From Clostridia bacterium (GTDB lineage: Bacteria; Bacillota; Clostridia; Christensenellales; DTU072), in the NCBI GenBank assembly GCA_017476265.1, contig JAFVAC010000036.1, positions 2,345 to 66,344 of the forward strand: a stretch of 64,000 bases of DNA. Reading direction: 5' to 3'. The translations under genes and the position numbers were made by a program. Under the pieces are notes generated by a model. The model was not told where the DNA came from. It did not search any database and was given only the letters and a program-made list of their open reading frames with translations. Each line of letters starts with the position of its first letter. Positions within the stretch are counted from its first letter, which is position 1. Of this stretch, positions 7,654 through 15,076 are shown one piece after another.

Positions 7654-9897
7654 ATGAAGAGATATTCCGTTTCGGGTATGACCTGTTCCGCCTGTTCGGC
7701 GCGGGTCCAAAGAGCCGTCGAAAAGGTGGACGGCGTGGAAAGAGCCGACGTCAATCTCCTCACCAACTCGATGACGGTGGAGGGGACGGCTACCGACGCC
7801 GCCGTTTGTCGCGCCGTCAAAAAGGCGGGCTATGGCGCCCGACCGTATTCCGACGCCGTCGAGGAGACGGACAAAGGAGGACTGTCGAAAAAGCTCCGTT
7901 TGATTTTGTCCTTCGTCTTTCTCGTGCCCCTGTTCTTCCTTGCGATGGGTCCCATGATGGGGATCCCGATGGACGGACTGACGAATATACATTGGTTGTA
8001 TGTTACGATCCAGTTCGTTTTGACGGTGCCCATCATCGTCCTCAACTTTTACTATTTCACGAACGGCTACAAGTCCCTTTTTAAGGGCGCGCCGAATATG
8101 AACACGCTTATTGCCGTGGGTAGCAGCGTGGCGTTTTTGTACAGCGTGTTTTCCTATGCGATGGTCGTATACCACACGGCGGTGGGATCTTCGCACGAAG
8201 TTTTGCACGAGTACGCGCACAGATTGTACTTCGAGAGCGCGGGGATGATCCTGACGCTCATCTCCTTAGGCAAGTATCTGGAGGCGATCTCCAAAGGGAG
8301 GACCACTTCGGCGATAGAAAAACTCCTCCGTTTGGCGCCCGACGAGGCGACGGTATGGCGCGACGGACAAGAGTGCGTCGTCCGTTCGGACGAGGTCCTT
8401 TTGGGCGAGACGGTGATCGTCCGTACCGGGGAGAGGATCCCGCTCGACGGCAGGATTGTCGAGGGCAGAGGTGCGATCGACGCGTCCGCGGTCACCGGAG
8501 AGAGTCTGCCGCAGGCGGCGGAAGTCGGCGACGAAGTCGTCGGTGGGACGCTCCTTGTCGGCGGGTATATCGAGTTCGTCGTGACGGCGGTGGGCGAGGA
8601 TACGGCGCTGAGAAAGATCGCGCGGTTTGTTGAAGAGGCGGCGAGTTCGAAGGCACCCGTCAGTCGTCTTGCCGACAAAATAAGCGGGATATTCGTCCCG
8701 ACGGTGATGGGCATAGCCGCGATCGCCTTCGTCGTATGGATGATCGTGACAAGAGACCTCGCCTTTTCGCTCAATATAGCCGTGTCCGTTTTGGTCATCT
8801 CCTGTCCCTGCGCATTGGGACTTGCGACCCCCGTCGCCATTATGGTGGGCACGGGCAAGGGCGCGGAGAAGGGTATTTTGGTCAAGAATGCCGAGAGCCT
8901 GGAGACCTTGCACAAGATAGACGTCGTCGTGTTCGACAAGACGGGCACCGTGACCGAAGGAAATCCGTCGGTCGTATCGGTTGTTTCTGAAGACGTCGAT
9001 AGGACGATGACGATAGCGTACTCGATGGAGAAGTTGAGCGCGCATCCTCTCAGTGCGGCGATCTGCGCCGAAGCGGAGCGGATGGGACTGGCGGAAAAGC
9101 CCTCGGAGGACTTTGCGGAGGTCGCCGGACGGGGACTGACGGGCAAGGTGGACGGAAAGGTCGTTCTGGTCGGAAACGACAGACTTCTTTTGGAGTCGGG
9201 AGTGGATCTGCCGTATCGAGGCAAGGGGACGACGGTCTACGTCGCGGCGGGGGGAGAATATCTCGGCGCGATAGAACTCGCCGACCGCCCCAAGGACTCG
9301 GCAAAACGCGCGGTTGAGAGACTGCGGGAGATGGGCGTAAAGACGGTGCTTTTGACCGGGGACAACGAGTCCGCCGCAAAAGAGGTCTGCGACCAAGTGG
9401 GCATAGAAGAGTATCGTGCCGGGGTCTTCCCGGAGCAGAAAGCGCAATATGTGGACGGCTACAAACGTTCCGGCGGGTCGGTCGCGATGGTGGGGGACGG
9501 GATTAACGACGCTCCCGCGCTCACCGTAGCGGACGTGGGGATCGCCATCGGCGCTGGCACGGACGTCGCCATCGAGAGCGCCGACGTCGTATTGGTCAAG
9601 AGCGACCCCACCGACGTAGCGGAGGCGATCACCCTCGGCAGGCAGACGATGCGGATCATCCGGCAGAACCTCTTTTGGGCGTTCGGGTACAACGTCCTCG
9701 GCATACCGATCGCGGCGGGCGTACTGTATCCGGCGATCGGACTGCTTCTCAATCCGATGATCGCGGCGGCGTGTATGAGCCTGAGTTCAGTCACCGTCGT
9801 CACCAACGCGCTGCGCCTGCGCAAGATGAGATCGAAACGAGAAAAGGCGAAAAAAAGGGCGGCGAAATCGGAGCGGAAGCGCGCGGAAAAGAAATAG
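7654..9897 (+). CDS. copA: Copper-translocating P1B-type ATPase
   Basis: N-terminal HMA domain MKRYSVSGMTCSACSARVQ, transmembrane CPC motif (8803-8811), DKTGT phosphorylation site (8935-8949) and GDGINDAP hinge. An alternative TTG start at 7618 with an upstream GGAGA cannot be excluded. Confidence 0.9.
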   Translation: MKRYSVSGMTCSACSARVQRAVEKVDGVERADVNLLTNSMTVEGTATDAAVCRAVKKAGYGARPYSDAVEETDKGGLSKKLRLILSFVFLVPLFFLAMGPMMGIPMDGLTNIHWLYVTIQFVLTVPIIVLNFYYFTNGYKSLFKGAPNMNTLIAVGSSVAFLYSVFSYAMVVYHTAVGSSHEVLHEYAHRLYFESAGMILTLISLGKYLEAISKGRTTSAIEKLLRLAPDEATVWRDGQECVVRSDEVLLGETVIVRTGERIPLDGRIVEGRGAIDASAVTGESLPQAAEVGDEVVGGTLLVGGYIEFVVTAVGEDTALRKIARFVEEAASSKAPVSRLADKISGIFVPTVMGIAAIAFVVWMIVTRDLAFSLNIAVSVLVISCPCALGLATPVAIMVGTGKGAEKGILVKNAESLETLHKIDVVVFDKTGTVTEGNPSVVSVVSEDVDRTMTIAYSMEKLSAHPLSAAICAEAERMGLAEKPSEDFAEVAGRGLTGKVDGKVVLVGNDRLLLESGVDLPYRGKGTTVYVAAGGEYLGAIELADRPKDSAKRAVERLREMGVKTVLLTGDNESAAKEVCDQVGIEEYRAGVFPEQKAQYVDGYKRSGGSVAMVGDGINDAPALTVADVGIAIGAGTDVAIESADVVLVKSDPTDVAEAITLGRQTMRIIRQNLFWAFGYNVLGIPIAAGVLYPAIGLLLNPMIAAACMSLSSVTVVTNALRLRKMRSKREKAKKRAAKSERKRAEKK

Positions 9898-9902
9898 CGA
9901 GT

Positions 9903-9929
9903 CGGACGAAAAAAATCGTCCGTCTTTTT
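9903..9929 (+). terminator. Rho-independent terminator candidate after copA
   Basis: CGGACGA-aaaaaa-TCGTCCG stem-loop followed by TCTTTTT. Confidence 0.55.
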
Positions 9930-9930
9930 C

Positions 9931-9960
9931 TTTACAAAGGACTTTTGTCGGGGCTATAAT
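9931..9960 (+). promoter_or_regulatory. Sigma-A type promoter candidate
   Basis: TTTACA (9931-9936), an 18-nt spacer, then TATAAT (9955-9960), about 48 nt upstream of ATG 10008. Confidence 0.5.
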
Positions 9961-10007
9961 GGACGTGGAAACAGAAAAAACACGATTTTACGAATGGAGG
10001 TTATGAT

Positions 10008-10580
10008 ATGAACAGAGCGGAAAAGAAAGATTTTCAACAAAAATTCGACGTAAAAAAATGGGTCGAGAGTGAAGAAGCGGGCAGAGACAAGTGCGGGGAG
10101 TACGACTTTTGCAACAAGTGCGACAAAAACCTGTCCGAGCCCTGCGCCGAAGCCAACGCCGCCGCGCGCGGAGTCAGCCTGAAGGAGAGTATGGCTATGG
10201 CGGACAAGGGGACCTCTTCGGTCGTCAACAAAAAGTTCGTCGCGGACTATCTCGAAGAGACTTTCGGCGACAAAGTGGAGACCTACCGCCGCAACAACAC
10301 GATCCGGAGCGGACGTCTGCCGCTTGCCGATACGCACTACGTCGTCGGCGACAAAAAGAAGTGCTTCATCTATGTGTACGAGACCGTCAAGGGCGGGACG
10401 ATGTTCTTGATCAAAGTCCCCGCGGACTACGCCGAAGGACTGAAAAAGGCAAACAAGAGCGTCTATTTGAGCGCTTTTCCCAAGGCAAAAACCCCTTGGT
10501 ACACCGTGATCGCGGACGAGAATCTTTCCGCGGAGGACGTCAAGACCCTCCTCAAGGACCTCGTCGCGCTCAACGCCTGA
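10008..10580 (+). CDS. Hypothetical protein; the C-terminal half may be MmcQ/YjbR-like (weak recollection)
   Basis: ATG is preceded by GGAGGT. The N-terminus carries a Cys cluster, CGEYDFCNKCDKNLSEPC. The C-terminal pattern KKCFIYVY..MFLIKVP..AFPKAKTPWYTVIADENLSAEDVKTLLKDL resembles the YjbR fold signature. This was not verified. Confidence 0.7.
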   Translation: MNRAEKKDFQQKFDVKKWVESEEAGRDKCGEYDFCNKCDKNLSEPCAEANAAARGVSLKESMAMADKGTSSVVNKKFVADYLEETFGDKVETYRRNNTIRSGRLPLADTHYVVGDKKKCFIYVYETVKGGTMFLIKVPADYAEGLKKANKSVYLSAFPKAKTPWYTVIADENLSAEDVKTLLKDLVALNA

Positions 10581-10601
10581 CAAAATTGATCATCGAAAAA
10601 G

Positions 10602-10632
10602 AAGCTCGCGCCGCAAGACGCGGGCTTTTTTT
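10602..10632 (+). terminator. Rho-independent terminator candidate
   Basis: AAGCTCGCG-ccgcaaga-CGCGGGCTT stem (one U-G pair) followed by a T7 run. Confidence 0.6.
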
Positions 10633-10660
10633 ATCGGTCGAAAAGGGATAAAAACGGGTC

Positions 10661-10689
10661 TTTACGCCGAACGGAAAAGATGGTACAAT
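10661..10689 (+). promoter_or_regulatory. Sigma-A type promoter candidate very close to the start codon
   Basis: TTTACG (10661-10666), a 17-nt spacer, then TGgTACAAT (10681-10689). ATG 10699 is only 9 nt after the -10, with no Shine-Dalgarno sequence between them. Confidence 0.45.
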
Positions 10690-10698
10690 AGACGTATT

Positions 10699-12129
10699 AT
10701 GAAAAAGAAGATCGTCCTTACTTTTGTTTTGTTCATTTTGGTTTTTACCCTCGTCGTGGGACTCGCAGGTTGCGGCAAAAACTATGAGACGAGGGAGGGG
10801 TACACCCACGTTGTGTTCTATAACAACGGCGCCGACGGAAAAGAATCGGAAGAGAGCCTGTTCGTCGAACACGATACTACCTTTCCCTTGCCCACCGGGT
10901 TGACGAAAGAGGGCTATGCTTTCGTTGGTTGGAAGCACGGAAGCGGTCTGTCCGTCCGCGACGAGTGGTACAGTGGAAAAAACGATCTAATGACCTTTTC
11001 GGCGATCTTCGAGAGGGACTACCGCGACCTCGACGCGACTTGCGCCGTTTGGGACAACAAGGGCGCGGACTATACCGACTACGCCGTGGGCGAGTACGAC
11101 GATCTCAACGTCAAAGTGATGGACGTCGTGGTAAGAGCGGGGTATAAGGCGACTTTCTACAGCAAACGGGGCTACAAAGGCAGAGCGGACGTGGTCTGCT
11201 ACAAAGGCTTTTTGAATCGTCGCGTCCACTCGATGAAGGTGGAGCGGATAGCGTCGGAAGAGGAGACGTTCGATCACGCGTTGACGGACGACGACTACGC
11301 CTACCTTCTGAAAGAGTACGCCCCCAAGATCTGGTGGGACAAGGAGGAGGAGTACTTCGCCTCCACCGTGGAGGACGGAATGGCGAACCTGACCCGAACC
11401 GCCTCGTCCGACGGGTATTACTACGAGATCCCCGGGATCACCGATCCGTATTTTATGAACGACTTTTTGAAAGGCAAAAAAGACGGTGCCGAAATTTACG
11501 GCTTCGCGGTCAAAAAGGAGTACAGATATCTCAGCTTGTGCTACTACATCTACGAACCCTACAACTACGGCAAAAAAGTCATGGGGACCTTGTACGGGAA
11601 CCACGTCGGCGACTGGGAGCACGTCTCCGTTGCGCTCTCGCTGGAGGAGAACGCGGACTCTGCGACCGTCCGACCGCTCTTTATGGAGACGTCCTACCAC
11701 GAGTGGCGGGACTATACCCCCTACGACGCACTGGAAAAGGAGGGCAAGCACCCCGTCGCATATATCGCAAGCAAGAGCCACGGGACTTGGGCGAGCGAGG
11801 GGACGCATCCTTATCTCGATCTCGTGGTGTTCAAGTTGACCGACCAGACCTCGAAAGGTTACGCCTGGGACACCTGGAAGAGCATTGAGACTTACGTTTA
11901 CGACGCCCTCTCCTGGCAGGGCAGAGGGGTGGGAGACAGCGAGTGGAACACTTGCTTTGACAAAGACGTCTTTGACCCGAACAGCCGCTCGGTCATCCAT
12001 TGGGGCAATAAAGGAATGGATAAGGGAATCATATATAAGTACTTTGTGACCGGACCGACGGGACCGGAACAGAAGACGAGCCTTTACAACTACTATACTC
12101 TGAATATTCCCCAAACCTACCGCATATAG
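10699..12129 (+). CDS. Lipoprotein with a Listeria-Bacteroides (Flg_new) repeat and a Vps62/DUF946-like domain
   Basis: Signal peptide MKKKIVLTFVLFILVFTLVVGLAGC with a perfect lipobox LAGC. A Flg_new-like segment reads GYTHVVFYNNG..LTKEGYAFVGWKHGS. Vps62/DUF946-like signatures are EYAPKIWWDKEEEYFAS, GNHVGDWEHVSV and KHPVAYIASKSHG. Confidence 0.85.
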   Translation: MKKKIVLTFVLFILVFTLVVGLAGCGKNYETREGYTHVVFYNNGADGKESEESLFVEHDTTFPLPTGLTKEGYAFVGWKHGSGLSVRDEWYSGKNDLMTFSAIFERDYRDLDATCAVWDNKGADYTDYAVGEYDDLNVKVMDVVVRAGYKATFYSKRGYKGRADVVCYKGFLNRRVHSMKVERIASEEETFDHALTDDDYAYLLKEYAPKIWWDKEEEYFASTVEDGMANLTRTASSDGYYYEIPGITDPYFMNDFLKGKKDGAEIYGFAVKKEYRYLSLCYYIYEPYNYGKKVMGTLYGNHVGDWEHVSVALSLEENADSATVRPLFMETSYHEWRDYTPYDALEKEGKHPVAYIASKSHGTWASEGTHPYLDLVVFKLTDQTSKGYAWDTWKSIETYVYDALSWQGRGVGDSEWNTCFDKDVFDPNSRSVIHWGNKGMDKGIIYKYFVTGPTGPEQKTSLYNYYTLNIPQTYRI

Positions 12130-12162
12130 CGGCGGCTTGCATAGCAAGGCGCTTTACGCAAC

Positions 12163-12192
12163 AAAAACCGAGCTGCAATAGGCTCGGTTTTT
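12163..12192. terminator. Bidirectional terminator candidate between convergent genes
   Basis: AAAAACCGAGC-tgcaatag-GCTCGGTTTTT, i.e. an A-run and a T-run flanking a 6-bp GC-rich stem. Confidence 0.6.
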
Positions 12193-12486
12193 CGTTCCTT
12201 TCTTGTGCGCAAGAAAGGAACCGAAAGAACGGCAGGGGCACTATCGTCATGTTGAGCGAAACGAAGTGAAGTCGAAACATCCCCGGGGATCCTTCCACGC
12301 GCTCGTTACACTTGCTTGGTCAGGATGACGGTCGAAAAAGCACCCATCACGTTTTAGGGCTCTGCCCTAAAAATCCGATTAGCGGATTTAACCGTCCAAT
12401 ACCGTATTGGACGGAGAAAAGTTGAGAGAGGACTATCGCTCTAAACCCTCTCTCAAACTCTCTCCCATTCCTCATAATTTTCCTCC
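12193..12486 (-). repeat. Dispersed hairpin-rich repeat, copy 2 (short form without the internal module)
   Basis: Collinear with copy 3 on the same strand, except that the 109-nt module is replaced by the 16-nt filler TTGAGCGAAACGAAGT (12252-12267). Confidence 0.8.
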
Positions 12487-12558
12487 TTTTGGGTGTAATA
12501 GAGTTTTGGGAAAATGATACGTTTTTCCTTCCGCACGGCGTACGTCGTGCATATCACT

Positions 12559-12593
12559 CTTGCTATGCAAGGAATTCCTCCTTTCATAGCAAG
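12559..12593 (-). terminator. Strong stem-loop immediately downstream of the SipL-like stop (no U-tract)
   Basis: CTTGCTATG (12559-12567) pairs with CATAGCAAG (12585-12593), with an inner AAGGA/TCCTT extension. It lacks a T-run, so its function as a terminator is uncertain. Confidence 0.3.
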
Positions 12594-12598
12594 ACTAT

Positions 12599-14071
12599 TT
12601 ATTCTTCGGGCAGGGAGAGTTCGCTATACATCAAGATCTTTTCGCCACCCGTGAGGGGGAGGGTCAGGTCGGGATTGAGACTAAGCAGGGTCTCCTCTTT
12701 TACGCCGAGGGACTTGGCCACGTCGAAGAGGTCTTCGCCGGGGCGGGTCAGATAGAGGCTGATGGCGATATCGTCGGGCTCTTTCGGTGCGCCGAGGGTG
12801 ACTTCGGTGACGCAGGACAGCGTTTTTTCATCGGTCCCGCGGACTTTGACGTCGTACTCTGCGGAGACTTCGATATCGGTCCCGGTCTTGAGCCTTGCGC
12901 CGATCCCCTTGACGGTCAACGTAGGACGGAGGTCGGAGGAGCAGCCGTAGGCGCCGTCGATTTTGAGACTGACGGGGATGTCCAAAGAGCGGCTTGCCGG
13001 GAGGTTGTTTTCATCGGCGTACAGCACTGTGGCGGTGAGGACGCCTTCGACAAGGATGCCGTTATCGTTGACGGCGGAAAGAGTCTTGACCACGGGACCC
13101 AGGCAGGCGTAGACTTCGTTGACGACGGCTCCGGTGTTGAGGACGGCGGTAGATCGGTCGGATACGGTGCGCGAGCAGAAAGACGCGTCGTAGGTCGCCG
13201 CCTCCGTCTGAGCGGAACAGTCGTAGTCCACCGAGTAGCAATCGGTCATGACCGTCGTCTCGGACTCATACCCGAGCGTGGTCAAAAAGGTCAATTCCAG
13301 ATCGGTCAGGATCCCGCGCGGATTGCCGTCGGAGAGGGAGACGTCGCAGCGTGTGACGAGGCACTCCACGTCCGTCTTGACGTCCCCGTCGCACTCGCAT
13401 ACGACGTCGGTACCGAAGGGATGACTGAAAGTCTGTGTAAAGAACTGGTCGTTGTCGCTTACGGCGACGACGCGAAGGGTGATCTCGCCGTCCAGACGGA
13501 ACGCCCCCGCCGAGGGATAGCAGTCGGTCACGACGACGGTAGCGGAGCAGTCCGCGACCGATTTGACGGGCATACGCATCTCGTCCGATTGGGTTAGATA
13601 CAGATTGGACTTGTTGAGGTCCTCCCGGACCGTCTTTTGGTCGGATAGGCGACACACAAGGTCCTCCGACGGCGTGGCGATCGAGATCTGTCCGGGCAGG
13701 ATATACTGTCCGCGCACGGTCTCTTCGGCGACGAGTTTTCCTTCCGAAGCGTCGTAATAGCACTTGTTGACGTCAACGGCAAAAGAAGACTTTGTAGTCC
13801 CGTCTATGCCTTGTTGGGACACCGAACGAACTGTTTCTGCCGTAGTCGCTCTTCTTTCATAAGTCCCGGAGTCCGTCAAAACAAGCGCGTAAAAAGTCGT
13901 CTTGACTCCCACGCGGAACTCGTCCGTGAGAGCGTCGCACGAAGTCGCGTGCGCCTCTGCGCGCACCGCGAGGATCTTTCCGTCCGCCGCGTCCGGCACG
14001 GCGCTCTCCACGACCCGGACGACGCCGGTGTTGACCTTTTTGTCCACGACGACCACTTTCTTTTCCGTCAT
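12599..14071 (-). CDS. DUF3794-type repeat protein with a C-terminal LysM domain (SipL/SpoVID-like sporulation protein)
   Basis: I chose ATG 14071 (MTEKKVVVVDKK..), preceded by GGAGGGG, over the ORF-track start at 14263. The C-terminus DDIAISLYLTRPGEDLFDVAKSLGVKEETLLSLNPDL..GEKILM is LysM-like. The Val/Thr/Asp-rich beta body and the position next to veg fit clostridial SipL-type proteins. The family call is from memory. Confidence 0.7.
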   Translation of the reverse strand: MTEKKVVVVDKKVNTGVVRVVESAVPDAADGKILAVRAEAHATSCDALTDEFRVGVKTTFYALVLTDSGTYERRATTAETVRSVSQQGIDGTTKSSFAVDVNKCYYDASEGKLVAEETVRGQYILPGQISIATPSEDLVCRLSDQKTVREDLNKSNLYLTQSDEMRMPVKSVADCSATVVVTDCYPSAGAFRLDGEITLRVVAVSDNDQFFTQTFSHPFGTDVVCECDGDVKTDVECLVTRCDVSLSDGNPRGILTDLELTFLTTLGYESETTVMTDCYSVDYDCSAQTEAATYDASFCSRTVSDRSTAVLNTGAVVNEVYACLGPVVKTLSAVNDNGILVEGVLTATVLYADENNLPASRSLDIPVSLKIDGAYGCSSDLRPTLTVKGIGARLKTGTDIEVSAEYDVKVRGTDEKTLSCVTEVTLGAPKEPDDIAISLYLTRPGEDLFDVAKSLGVKEETLLSLNPDLTLPLTGGEKILMYSELSLPEE

Positions 14072-14186
14072 ATAATACCCCTCCGAAAATTCATTCTTGC
14101 TACACGATATTCCGGCGGGAAAGAAAGTATGACTAAAAAGTTTTTTTTCGGCAATACTTCGGACTATGAGAGAGGCAAAGAGCGAC

Positions 14187-14402
14187 ATGAATGCGACCGT
14201 AAGCCTGATCAAAGAGGCGGTGGGAAAGCGCGTCGGGATCCGGGTCAATCGCGGCAGAAACAAGATCGAGGAGATGGTCGGCGCGGTGGAGAACGTCTAT
14301 CCGCGCATATTTACTTTCCGCGCGGACGACGGGAGTCTGAATAGCTTCTGCTACGCCGACGTCGTGAGTAAAAACATCCGATTCTTTCGCGTGAGAGAGT
14401 AG
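14187..14402 (+). CDS. veg: Veg family protein (DUF1021)
   Basis: MNATVSLIKEAVGKRVGIRVNRGRNKIEEMVGAVENVYPRIFTF..SFCYADVVSKNIRF is collinear with B. subtilis Veg as I recall it (..[40 protein letters not shown]..). The ORF is also open from ATG 14166. Confidence 0.8.
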   Translation: MNATVSLIKEAVGKRVGIRVNRGRNKIEEMVGAVENVYPRIFTFRADDGSLNSFCYADVVSKNIRFFRVRE

Positions 14403-14478
14403 AGATCCGTCCGGATCGGACCGGGCATTCCGTCGAAAATATTCCGATTTCGCGCGTTTACGGGCGAACGATCGGAAA

Positions 14479-14515
14479 GAACGCCTTCGAAACGGTCGAA
14501 GGCGTTCTCCTTTTT
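14479..14515 (+). terminator. Rho-independent terminator candidate after veg
   Basis: GAACGCCTTCGA-aacgg-TCGAAGGCGTTC (12-bp stem) followed by TCCTTTTT. Confidence 0.65.
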
Positions 14516-14570
14516 CAGCGGATCTTGCGAGACTTCCGACGACGTAAAACGACCCGCTTAGATCGTCGTT

Positions 14571-14828
14571 TTAGCAGTCCCTCGTCAGCCAAAACGCCAA
14601 CAGGATGACCGCCGGGAGGCGGTTTTTTCCTTTGGTCGGATCGGACGGAGCGGGTTTTTGCTCGATCGGGAAGGGGAATTTTTGCGGGTGACAATCACAC
14701 TCGCAGCGGCAGTAGTAGGTCCTCTCTTCTTCGCAGGGACAAGGCGTTGTGTCCCACGGATCGAGAGGTCGATAGGGCGGACGACCGACGGGGTCGTCGC
14801 ACATGCAGTTTTTTCTTTTTTCGTTCAT
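14571..14828 (-). CDS. Small Cys-rich protein with a hydrophobic C-terminal segment (hypothetical)
   Basis: ATG 14828 is preceded by AGGAGGAAAG. The 85-aa product is MNEKRKNCMCDDPVGRPPYRPLDPWDTTPCPCEEERTYYCRCECDCHPQKF...LPAVILLAFWLTRDC. It has 10 Cys, mostly in CxC pairs. Confidence 0.6.
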   Translation of the reverse strand: MNEKRKNCMCDDPVGRPPYRPLDPWDTTPCPCEEERTYYCRCECDCHPQKFPFPIEQKPAPSDPTKGKNRLPAVILLAFWLTRDC

Positions 14829-15000
14829 CTTTCCTCCTGTAGTATGTAGGACTTTTTCCTTTACCCTCCCACGCCATACTATGCCGGGCAAGAGACTTTC
14901 GTCGCAAAAAGCGGCGATTTTTTATTTTTACCGCAAAAAAGCGGCTGGTTTTTCCGAAAAAATGGGCGTTCTCGCAAGAAAAATTTTTCAAAAAAAGATA

Positions 15001-15029
15001 TTGAATTACGCGCGCAAATATGATATTAT
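15001..15029 (+). promoter_or_regulatory. Sigma-A type promoter candidate for the large surface-protein gene
   Basis: TTGAAT (15001-15006), a 17-nt spacer, then TGaTATTAT (15021-15029), with an A-rich tract upstream. Confidence 0.5.
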
Positions 15030-15076
15030 TAATATATCTATCGGTATATACCGAAGGTGAGGAATGAGGAATAGGT

